A stretch of 64,000 nucleotides of DNA from an uncultured candidate division Zixibacteria bacterium (lineage in GTDB: Bacteria; Zixibacteria; MSB-5A5; UBA10806; 4484-95): NCBI GenBank assembly GCA_963668625.2, contig CAXXKA010000006.1, forward strand, positions 256,001 to 320,000, written 5' to 3'. This document shows positions 1 through 8,850 of the stretch, piece after piece; the stretch's first letter is position 1; every line of letters starts with the position of its first letter. Position numbers and translations under genes: made by a program. The notes beneath the pieces are model-generated. The model was not told the DNA's origin. It saw nothing but the letters and a program-made list of their open reading frames with translations, and made no database searches.

Positions 1-1550
1 TTGAGAATCGCTATCAAAAACTTTCTGTAATAATCGTAAAATCCGGTATCGTAAACGCTTTCGCTCACTTTTGATTTCACTTTCATGAAAGTAACGCACA
101 ATAACGGTGTGAGTGTCAGAGCCAATATCCATGATACCAGCAAGCTGATCGCGACCACCTTAAACAGGTCGGCGGTGTATTCGCCCGTCTCGTTTTCCGC
201 CAGCACTATCGGCAAAAACGCGGCGGCGGTAGTTAACGATGATGTGAGAAGCGGTATGCGCAGTTCTTTGGCGGACTCGACTGCTGCATCTATCGGCTTT
301 TTGCCCTCCGATAAACTGACCTGAATCGATTCGGCCATGACTATGGCGTTATCCACCAGCAAGCCCAACGAGATGATCAATGCCGCCAACGAGATGGTAT
401 TGAGCGTGATATCGAACCAGTTCATGAAAGCGATGGAGATCAATATAACGGTAGGGATTAAAGCCGATACGAGTAATCCGGTTCTGAATCCCAGTGATAT
501 TAGCATGACCACCATGACGATTAAAATAGCTTGAATCAGGTTAGAGGTGAAATCTTCTATTTTTTTATTAACCTCATCCGGCTGATAAACGATGGTATCG
601 AACTCGATTCCAATCGGGTAGCTTTCCTGCAGCCTGTCGGTAAGCTGTCTTACCTGATCACCGAGCTTGATTATATTACCGCCCTCGCGCAAAGATATGC
701 CCAACCCCAGGCAGTTAACACCGGATGATCTCATCATGGAACCGGGCGGATCGATATAGCCTCGGTATATATTCGCTATATCGCCGAGGAATACTACCTC
801 GTTGCTGCCCGGTATCCTTACGACAGTCTGCTTCAGTTCCTCGAGCGATTCGAAATTGCCGGATGGTTCGAGAATTATTCGTTCGTTACCCGTGCTTATC
901 TTACCGCCGGGGAATAGGATATTCTGGCTTTCAATAATGTTTTTCAATTGATACGGAGCGATTCCCATATTGGCCAGGCGAGCGTTGCTGTATTCGATAA
1001 ATACCCGCTCCTCCTGAGCGCCATAAATATCCACCTTGGCGGCATCGGGAATTTGTAATAGCTCATCACGCACCTGATCGGCTACATCTTTCAACTCGGC
1101 ATAGCTGTAACCCTCGCCGGTGATAGTTAGCTGCAGACCGAATACATCCCCGAACTCATCATTAACATAAGGTCCAACCACGCCATCGGGAAGCTCGCTG
1201 CGCGCCCGATCGACTTTTCGTCTGAGATTATCCCAAATCGGCCTCATGTTCATCTCATCTTTTTTTACATTTACGTAGATGACCGACATGCCGGTGAAAG
1301 ATTGACTGGTTATGAAATCCACTTCCGGGATTTCCTGAATTACTTTTTCGAGCTTGTCGGTTACCAGATTCTCCACCCGTTCGGGGCCGGCTCCGGGGAA
1401 AAATGTCTGGATGAAAGCTACCCTGATCGTAAAACCCGGATCCTCCTGTCTTGGCATATGCTGGAAGGCCATGATACCTACCAATACCAACACGATCAGG
1501 GCGACTATAGTAATCCTGTTTTTTTCTATCGCGAATTTCGTTATAGACAT
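1..1550 (-). CDS. RND efflux permease, AcrB/AcrD/AcrF family (3' end runs off the window)
   Basis: Absent from the ORF track because there is no stop in the window. Manual translation from ATG 1550 gives MSITKFAIEKNRITIVALIVLVLVGIMAFQHMPRQEDPGFTIR...FPGAGPERVENLVTDKLE; spot checks at 480-780 stay in frame; TSSLTTAAAFLP TM motif; directly follows the MFP gene. Confidence 0.92.
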   Translation of the reverse strand, partial: MSITKFAIEKNRITIVALIVLVLVGIMAFQHMPRQEDPGFTIRVAFIQTFFPGAGPERVENLVTDKLEKVIQEIPEVDFITSQSFTGMSVIYVNVKKDEMNMRPIWDNLRRKVDRARSELPDGVVGPYVNDEFGDVFGLQLTITGEGYSYAELKDVADQVRDELLQIPDAAKVDIYGAQEERVFIEYSNARLANMGIAPYQLKNIIESQNILFPGGKISTGNERIILEPSGNFESLEELKQTVVRIPGSNEVVFLGDIANIYRGYIDPPGSMMRSSGVNCLGLGISLREGGNIIKLGDQVRQLTDRLQESYPIGIEFDTIVYQPDEVNKKIEDFTSNLIQAILIVMVVMLISLGFRTGLLVSALIPTVILISIAFMNWFDITLNTISLAALIISLGLLVDNAIVMAESIQVSLSEGKKPIDAAVESAKELRIPLLTSSLTTAAAFLPIVLAENETGEYTADLFKVVAISLLVSWILALTLTPLLCVTFMKVKSKVSESVYDTGFYDYYRKFLIAIL

Positions 1551-1551
1551 G

Positions 1552-2658
1552 CTATCCCTCCATGTTGCCCGGCAGGCGCACTTTCATACCATCCTTGATT
1601 TTACTTACGCCGGCGGTAATCACCAGGTCGCCGTCCTGAAGTCCCTCGAATATCTCTAAACCTTCGGGAGTTAGCTCACCGACGGTTACCTCTCGTCGCC
1701 TGGCTAGAGCCAGACCATCGCCGGCAGGTTCGGCTATATATACGAATCTACCGCTGCGATCCGCGACGACAGCGACGGAGGGTATGATGAACCTTTCCTT
1801 GCCACCTGAGGCCTCGAATGAGAATGCCGCCTCAGCTATCATACCGGGGAGAATTTCGGGATACGATTTTATCAATTTGATAATTACCGGGAATGCGTTT
1901 GTCATTCTCGAGGCCGATACTCCCACCTCGCTGATATAAGCGGTATAGACTTTACCGGGGATAGCATCGAAAGTTAATGTTACCCTGTCGTTTTTATGTA
2001 TCTGGGAGATGAGTACCTCCGGTATGGCCAGTTCGACCTCGGGTATGGCGCCTGACGATAACTCCACCACGGTTTTACCCTGCGATACGTTTTCGTTTTC
2101 CTCGACGAGTACCCTGGCAATCGCGCCGTTAACGGGGGCGGCCAGTTTGCAATAACCCAGTTGAAGACGGGCTTGTTCCAGGCGGTTATCGATCGAACGT
2201 ACCGCGGCATCAGCCGATTCCGAGGCAGTACGGGCGGCATCGAGATCGTTTACCGAGGCGTTCTGGTTTTCATATAATCCCTTGGTGCGTTCGTAGTTCG
2301 ACTCCGCATTACGAGCCTGTGCCAGGGCTTGCTCCAGAGATGCCTCGGCCTCCTGGAACCTGAGCCTGTAATCTTTGGTGTCGAGTTCGGCGATGAGCTG
2401 TCCCGTTTTTACTTTATCACCTACGTTGACATGCACTCTGTTAACGGTACCGGATACTTTGAAACTCAAATTCGTTTCCACTCCGGCTTTGGCCGCGCCT
2501 GAAAAAACGCGCACCCTGTCGGCACCGGTGGAGTAGACCTCCGTGTAACGTACCGGCCTTATTTTTTCCTCGGCTTGTTGCTCCTTAGAACTGCAGTTTA
2601 AAACAACCATCCCGAGAATAATAGTAATTCCAACTTTGAAAAACTGTATCGTTATCAT
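1552..2658 (-). CDS. RND periplasmic adaptor (membrane fusion protein), probable lipoprotein
   Basis: LSFKVSGTVNRVHVNVGDKVKTGQLIAELD lipoyl-like half, coiled hairpin, LAAPVNG; N-terminal hydrophobic stretch followed by Cys. Confidence 0.93.
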   Translation of the reverse strand: MITIQFFKVGITIILGMVVLNCSSKEQQAEEKIRPVRYTEVYSTGADRVRVFSGAAKAGVETNLSFKVSGTVNRVHVNVGDKVKTGQLIAELDTKDYRLRFQEAEASLEQALAQARNAESNYERTKGLYENQNASVNDLDAARTASESADAAVRSIDNRLEQARLQLGYCKLAAPVNGAIARVLVEENENVSQGKTVVELSSGAIPEVELAIPEVLISQIHKNDRVTLTFDAIPGKVYTAYISEVGVSASRMTNAFPVIIKLIKSYPEILPGMIAEAAFSFEASGGKERFIIPSVAVVADRSGRFVYIAEPAGDGLALARRREVTVGELTPEGLEIFEGLQDGDLVITAGVSKIKDGMKVRLPGNMEG

Positions 2659-2691
2659 AAACTGACCTCCCGCTTCATTTATATGATTTCA

Positions 2692-5085
2692 TTAATTATC
2701 ATTCGAAAGCTCGTCGTACCTCTGGTCGAGCCTGTTTAAAAAATCCTCTTTATCTTTATCTTGCATCGTCAAATCGAATTTGCCCACGGCTCGCTGGACA
2801 TTCATGTAGTCATCCAGGAAATCATAAACAGCATTGGCCGCCAGAAGACTCGAGACAAGCGAGGCGTTTTGAGCATCGATCAAATCCAGTATCGAGGCCT
2901 CGCCACGCGAATAAGCATCCAGTACCAGGTCTAAAGTTTTATCTGCCGCCTCGGACGCCATTCGGGTTTGATGGATAGCCGCGTAAGAGGCGCCCATCAG
3001 GTGAAGAGCTGAGCGGATTCGTTGCTCTACCTTCTCGACAACCGATTCTCGCTGGTATTCCAGCATCTTGAGCTCATCTGATTTTTGAATCATATTGGAT
3101 ATTTTCGCACCTCCCGAGAAGATGGGCAATGAGGCGTTGATCGCTAAGCTCCAATTGGTGTCATCGGCTTTGGGTAAATCAAACGGTAATGCCGAGGCCC
3201 CGTTGGTTCCCGCTCCCCCCTCGTGAAGCTGTTCGGTGTAATCGGCTTTAAGCGCCAGCGTCGGCATCCACATGGAATTGCGGGATGAGTATAAAGCGCG
3301 TTTCCGAGCCTCCAGGGCGGCGTTTATCGCAGCCAACTCCATGGAGTTATTCTGACTTTCCTCTACCATGAATTCCCTGAATACTTTGAATGACCAGGGA
3401 TTTTCCAGGTACTGGACGAATCGCCTGTCGGCTATGAATAGCTCAGGGTTATTCAAGCTGATATCGGAGATAGTGAACTGCTCCTCGCTGGGTCGGTTCA
3501 ATATTCTGTTCAAGGCTATCTCCGCCAGGTTGCGGTAAGCGTTAGCCTCGATAACCGAGTTACGGCTGGTTGCTATCTGGTTTTCCCAACGATAGACCTC
3601 GCCTGGCCCGGAGGCACCGATCGATTGTCTGATTTTAGCCAGTTCATAATTCGAGCGTGTGCGTTTAAGATTATCTCCCTGAATTCGTTCGTAGGTTTTC
3701 GCTTTAAGAAGATCGAGGTACGTTGTTACTGTTTCTAAAGTGATATCGAGAACGTATTTTTGATGTTCATATTCACGGGATTTTTGAAGGTTGCCCTGTA
3801 TGGAATAATTTGCCCAGGCGGGTTCGGAGAAAATTAACATTGATGCCGAAGCCGTACCTGCGATAGATTCCTCGGTTGCCGAACCGAGACTGGCCTCGGC
3901 ACGATCCTCGTCTATTAATGTTCCTAAAGCTGATACCTCGAGTTGCGGCAGCAGGTTGGCACGCGCCTTTATCCTGTTTTGTCCGGCCGCCTCCACATCT
4001 TTAGAGGAGGCCAACAAGTCACGGTTCGACCTGATTGCTTCATCCACGGCGCTTTCGATCGTGACCACGCGTTCGATATCCTCCCGGGAGACATCAATTA
4101 GTTGGGCCTCGGTCAGGATGCTCCAACTCGGGTATTTATTTATACTCCGGGCGGTGGACATGTTGATTATCAACCGTTCGAATCTCGATATATTCACGGG
4201 TATGTTCTCGGGCTTTTCACCCAGCAATATGCTCTGTATATTCAGCGCTGTTCTGCGGGATATCCTATTGTAGTATTTGTTGCTGGTTAGGGCCGCCATC
4301 GCGCCACGCCTGATATCCATTTCGCCCATGAGAGAAAACGTCGGCAGCTTCCGCGAGATGAAACCATCCATTAGGCGTCTGAACTCGGTATCATCGAATT
4401 GAGGTAGAAAACCGAAATAAACAGCATCGGTGCCTTCGGGGATCGAGGCGAGGACATCCTCAACCGTCTTCCCGGATGGAATGAAATTGAAGCCGGCATT
4501 GATGCTTTCGAACCACTTGCGAACTCTCGCTGATTTATTGTTCTTTACCAGGTCGTAAAAAGGTTCGTTGACTATTATAAGTAATTTTTCGAATGGATAT
4601 ATTTCATGGAACGCCTGCAATTCGCCAACCAGATGATCGGGAGGAGCTATATAGCTTAAGTTTTTTATGGCGCTATGACCTTTTTGGGCGGGAATATCCT
4701 GTGCTATCTCATCGATGATAAAAGGCGCTATGACAGGTTTGGGCAGATCACCTTTACCCGATGCCAGATGCGAGGCCAATACGCCTCCGGTAATGATGAT
4801 ATCCACCTCTTTATCGGCCAGCAGCCGATCCAGTCCCTCATCGATCGATTCAACCGACCAATCTCCCACTATGGTTTTATCCACGGGGAATCTTATATCG
4901 AATTCGCCTGCCGTTAAATCCAAAATCTCCTTTTTAAACTGGTTGAGGAACTGGTCGTTAATCTCCCAGGGACCATCCACTATCATTCCGATATTAACCG
5001 GCCGATCCTTATAGTCTACAGCTCCGGCTATGGAGCAAATCAGCAAAAGAATTGTTAACAATATAACCAGTGTTTTTTTTTGCAT
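2692..5085 (-). CDS. TolC-family outer-membrane efflux protein with N-terminal ABC substrate-binding-like domain
   Basis: C-terminal ~460 aa has OEP repeats (ARANLLPQL, NASLPIFSGG, YSRGEASILDLIDAQ). N-terminal ~325 aa after the signal peptide resembles ABC_sub_bind (ILLGEKPENIPV...LIINMSTAR). Confidence 0.85.
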   Translation of the reverse strand: MQKKTLVILLTILLLICSIAGAVDYKDRPVNIGMIVDGPWEINDQFLNQFKKEILDLTAGEFDIRFPVDKTIVGDWSVESIDEGLDRLLADKEVDIIITGGVLASHLASGKGDLPKPVIAPFIIDEIAQDIPAQKGHSAIKNLSYIAPPDHLVGELQAFHEIYPFEKLLIIVNEPFYDLVKNNKSARVRKWFESINAGFNFIPSGKTVEDVLASIPEGTDAVYFGFLPQFDDTEFRRLMDGFISRKLPTFSLMGEMDIRRGAMAALTSNKYYNRISRRTALNIQSILLGEKPENIPVNISRFERLIINMSTARSINKYPSWSILTEAQLIDVSREDIERVVTIESAVDEAIRSNRDLLASSKDVEAAGQNRIKARANLLPQLEVSALGTLIDEDRAEASLGSATEESIAGTASASMLIFSEPAWANYSIQGNLQKSREYEHQKYVLDITLETVTTYLDLLKAKTYERIQGDNLKRTRSNYELAKIRQSIGASGPGEVYRWENQIATSRNSVIEANAYRNLAEIALNRILNRPSEEQFTISDISLNNPELFIADRRFVQYLENPWSFKVFREFMVEESQNNSMELAAINAALEARKRALYSSRNSMWMPTLALKADYTEQLHEGGAGTNGASALPFDLPKADDTNWSLAINASLPIFSGGAKISNMIQKSDELKMLEYQRESVVEKVEQRIRSALHLMGASYAAIHQTRMASEAADKTLDLVLDAYSRGEASILDLIDAQNASLVSSLLAANAVYDFLDDYMNVQRAVGKFDLTMQDKDKEDFLNRLDQRYDELSNDN

Positions 5086-5262
5086 CTATTTCTCCCGATT
5101 TTATCTGTTAGTGCAACGGTATCTATATGACCATTGATGATTAAAATTACTAGAAATCCGTTATCGATTTACTATTGTTTCGTAAAACTCCGGTTTGAAT
5201 ACTAATTCAATTTCCAGTTGTATTCAACAACAAATTAAATGTTTCCGAAAATACTAAAATCA

Positions 5263-5290
5263 TTGACTCGGCAAAGAATATATATATATT
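5263..5290 (+). promoter_or_regulatory. Putative sigma70 promoter of the C1 protease gene
   Basis: TTGACT-16 nt-TATATT in AT-rich intergenic DNA. Confidence 0.45.
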
Positions 5291-5353
5291 CTTCGTGTAT
5301 CAGCAATATGCTGCATCGTTTATTATAATAAACATAAGAGTGAGGTGTGTATT

Positions 5354-6985
5354 ATGAGTAGTAAAGTTCTAATGATAGTCCTTGTAGTATTAACTTGCCT
5401 GGTAACGGTATACGCGCAGTTACCGTCAGAATTCGATTTGAGGGATTACGGTGGAAACAACTACGTAACCTCGGTGAAGAGTCAATCCGGTGGTACCTGC
5501 TGGACACATGGGGCAATGGCCTCCATGGAGAGTAACCTTCTGATGACGGGCAATTGGGCCGCCATTGGAGAAACGGGCGAACCCAATCTTGCCGAGTATC
5601 ATCTGGATTGGTGGAATGGTTTTAACGAACATAATAATGATGATATCGATCCGCCCGACGGCAGCGGTCTGGATGTTCACCAGGGCGGAGATTACCGGGT
5701 TACCTCAGCATATCTTTCCCGAGGAGAGGGCGCGGTCAGGGATATCGACGGTCAATCGTATAGCACTCCACCGTTACGATATGATTCAGGCTATCACTAT
5801 TTCTATCCCAATAATATCGAATGGTATTCTTTGGGCGACAGTTTAGACGGTATCGAGCTGATAAAAACGAAACTGATGGAGTATGGCGCGATTGGGACAT
5901 GTATGTGCTATAACGGTTCTTTTATCTCCAACTACGTTCATTATCAACCGCCCTCCAGTGAACTCGATCCGAATCACGCGGTTACGATAGTCGGCTGGGA
6001 TGATGAATTCGTAACTCAAGCTCCATTGCCCGGGGCCTGGAAAGTGAAAAATAGCTGGGGTAGCGGTTGGGGGTACGACGGCTATTTCTGGATATCGTAT
6101 TACGATAAACATTGTTGCCGAAACCCGGAGATGGGAGCCATATCGTTTCAGGATGTCGAACTCATGCCATACGATAATGTTTACTATCACGATTACCACG
6201 GTTGGCGCGATACCAAAACCGATTGCAGCGAGGCGTTCAACGCTTTTGTCGCAAACGGTGATGAGTGTATAACCGCGGTCAGTTTCTTTACCGCCGCCGA
6301 TAGTGTTACGTATACAATCAAGATTTATGATACATTCGAGGACAGGCAGCTTCAAGATGAGCTTACCTCGCAATCGGGATTCGAAAATCATAGCGGATTG
6401 CACACCATCGTATTGGATTCGTCGGTATTGGTGACAGAAGGCAATGGTTTCTATGTTTATGTCGACCTTTCGCTGGGCGGTCAACCTTTCGATAGAACCT
6501 CTGATGTGCCGGTACTGCTGGGTGCGCATTATCGCACTATAGTCGAATCATCGGCTGACCGGTTCGAGAGTTATTATAAGGATGGCGGCGTATGGTTCGA
6601 TTTCTATGGCTGGAATGGAGATTCAACCGGTAACTTCTGTATCAAGGCGCTTTCCGTTGATTCTCAAACAATTGAAAATTACGATTACCTACCCGGTGAT
6701 TGCAATATGGCTGGGAGTGTCTGGCCGCCAGTTATAAGTGGCGCGGATGTCACCTATTTAGTGAACTATTTCCGGGGATTGCAGCCTGGATGCTTGTTAG
6801 GAGGATTCTACGCAGCCGCCGATATCAATAGTGATTGCTCCGTTATCGGTTCGGATGTTACCTGCTTGGTGAATTATTTCCGGGGTATGCATGTGATAAC
6901 CTATTGTCCTGATTATGTGCCTAACTGGCCAACCCCAGAGGATTGCCCCGCGAATATGCCGGCGGTTTGGCCTGATTGTGAATAA
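5354..6985 (+). CDS. Secreted papain-like (C1A) cysteine protease with lectin-like domain and C-terminal dockerin-like repeat
   Basis: Signal peptide; LPSEFDLR...[10 protein letters not shown] (catalytic Q/C), [11 protein letters not shown] (His), VKNSWG (Asn); C-terminal duplicated GD/AD-x-N...DVTxLVNYFRG. ATG 5354 follows GAGG. Confidence 0.9.
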   Translation: MSSKVLMIVLVVLTCLVTVYAQLPSEFDLRDYGGNNYVTSVKSQSGGTCWTHGAMASMESNLLMTGNWAAIGETGEPNLAEYHLDWWNGFNEHNNDDIDPPDGSGLDVHQGGDYRVTSAYLSRGEGAVRDIDGQSYSTPPLRYDSGYHYFYPNNIEWYSLGDSLDGIELIKTKLMEYGAIGTCMCYNGSFISNYVHYQPPSSELDPNHAVTIVGWDDEFVTQAPLPGAWKVKNSWGSGWGYDGYFWISYYDKHCCRNPEMGAISFQDVELMPYDNVYYHDYHGWRDTKTDCSEAFNAFVANGDECITAVSFFTAADSVTYTIKIYDTFEDRQLQDELTSQSGFENHSGLHTIVLDSSVLVTEGNGFYVYVDLSLGGQPFDRTSDVPVLLGAHYRTIVESSADRFESYYKDGGVWFDFYGWNGDSTGNFCIKALSVDSQTIENYDYLPGDCNMAGSVWPPVISGADVTYLVNYFRGLQPGCLLGGFYAAADINSDCSVIGSDVTCLVNYFRGMHVITYCPDYVPNWPTPEDCPANMPAVWPDCE

Positions 6986-7296
6986 CAAGGATTTCGCAGT
7001 TCAGGGTGATATAGCGATATAATGAAGTTTTTATATTTCCGATAAGTGCCGGGTCTTTTTATTCAATATTATAATCCGCGATGGATCTATTTCTGCATCC
7101 TTAAAAAGGATATAATGTTAGCCTGGAAGGCGGCAATCCTCGATATAGGTTACAGAGTTACTGTATCTGAAAAACAGTTGACATGGTGATCGGTTATAGT
7201 TATTAATTATGTACTGACAGCACTCATCAGTGATATTCATCATAGCCTGCTGCATTTTTTTGTATACATCATCTATGAACCTACAAAGAGGTGCCT

Positions 7297-7791
7297 ATGA
7301 GCGATGCCCAGCTTAAGCCAACCCCCGAATCCGGCGAGATTAATTTCGCCTTTCGGGAAAAGTTAAACAGTGTCGCCGAGGGATTCCGCCACAATTATTG
7401 CTACCAATGTGGCGCCTGTGTGGCTGACTGTCCCGCCTGCATTTATTCGGGCGAGTTCAATCCGAGGCTTATCATCCTGAAAGCGCTACTGGGTTTCGAG
7501 GATGAGCTTATCAGTAAAGATTCAGAAATCTGGAACTGCACCAACTGCTATACCTGCTCCGAGCGTTGCCCGCAAGAGGTGCGGCCTGTTGACGTGATAA
7601 TCGCCATGAAAAATATCTGCGTAGCCGAGGGGAAGGCGCCCGATCTGGTTATGAATATTTCGAACACGGTGCTCTCCGACGGTATTACCACTCGAGTCAC
7701 CTCGGTAACCGAGCGCCGCCGCAATGAACTCGGCTTGAAGCCTGTGCGCAAAGCTCCCGTGGATGAAATAAACAAGTTGTTCGAGGATTAA
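7297..7791 (+). CDS. hdrC: Heterodisulfide reductase subunit C
   Basis: CYQCGACVADCP and IWNCTNCYTCSERCPQEV double 4Fe-4S motifs; directly upstream of hdrB. Confidence 0.9.
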   Translation: MSDAQLKPTPESGEINFAFREKLNSVAEGFRHNYCYQCGACVADCPACIYSGEFNPRLIILKALLGFEDELISKDSEIWNCTNCYTCSERCPQEVRPVDVIIAMKNICVAEGKAPDLVMNISNTVLSDGITTRVTSVTERRRNELGLKPVRKAPVDEINKLFED

Positions 7792-7795
7792 TATT

Positions 7796-8674
7796 ATGAA
7801 ATATATACCTTTCTTCGGCTGTATGATGACCACCAAATATCCCTACTTCGAATTTGCTGTCAGGCAAACAGTAGCCAATATCGGGTTGGAATTGGTGGAT
7901 GTCGAGGGTTTCACCTGTTGCCCCGATCCGATTTATTTTCAGGCACGCGATAAAATGAAATGGTATGCCATCGCCGCCCGGAATATATGCCTGGCCGAGG
8001 AGATCGGTCACGATATCATAACTACTTGTTCGGGCTGCACGGCTACGCTTTCCGAGGTGAATCATGTGCTTAAAAACGATGCGGGAATTCGGGACAAGGT
8101 TAACGAGAAGCTGGCTAAGATCGGTAAAGAGTACAAAGGTACCATCGACATCCGCCATGCCGTTACGGTCATACGGGATGATTTCGGCTACGATAAAGTA
8201 CAGGAGACCGTGGAATATCCGCTAGAGGGACTGAAAGTAGCGGTTCACTATGGTTGTCACTTACTGAAACCCTCACATATAATGCGCGTTGATGACCCCG
8301 ATCATCCTACTATATTAGAAAATCTGCTCAGATCGATAGGCGCCGAGCCGATTCATCACAAGAAAACATTACTATGCTGTGGCCGGGCATGTTTTACCGA
8401 TAATATACCCGACAATATGGTGCTCGATATTCTCGATTCGATCAAGCAAGAAAAAGCGGATTGCATGGGCTTAATATGTCCGACATGTTTCGATGAGTTC
8501 GACATAGGGCAGATACTAAAAGGCCGGAAATTCAAAAAGCAGCTCGATGTACCGGTCGTGTATTATTTTCAACTACTCGGCCTGGCCCAGGGCCTTACTC
8601 CGGAGCAAGTTGGCTTGACCCAGCATAAGGTTAAAACCGATGCCATTCTAGAAAAGTTGATGCAAACGGTATAA
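7796..8674 (+). CDS. hdrB: Heterodisulfide reductase subunit B
   Basis: CCG domains: FFGC, FTCCP, TTCSGC, VAVHYGCHLLKP, LCCG, ICPTCFDEFD, PVVYYFQLLGLA. Confidence 0.93.
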   Translation: MKYIPFFGCMMTTKYPYFEFAVRQTVANIGLELVDVEGFTCCPDPIYFQARDKMKWYAIAARNICLAEEIGHDIITTCSGCTATLSEVNHVLKNDAGIRDKVNEKLAKIGKEYKGTIDIRHAVTVIRDDFGYDKVQETVEYPLEGLKVAVHYGCHLLKPSHIMRVDDPDHPTILENLLRSIGAEPIHHKKTLLCCGRACFTDNIPDNMVLDILDSIKQEKADCMGLICPTCFDEFDIGQILKGRKFKKQLDVPVVYYFQLLGLAQGLTPEQVGLTQHKVKTDAILEKLMQTV

Positions 8675-8850
8675 AGAGAATTTCTTACATCACTTTTATT
8701 CGGCCGCTACTTTCTCTTTAAGAATCGTTATTTCGTACTAAAACTGGAATTTCATCAAAACACCCGGGGTAACTATTGGGTGAGAGAGAAACAAACCATC
8801 TCTGTGATATCATATGATTAGCATTTATGTTCTGCTGATAGTACGACTAT

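Noticed and set aside
85-1659. Short plus-strand ORFs at the window start
   Set aside because: Shadows of the minus-strand RND permease and adaptor genes.
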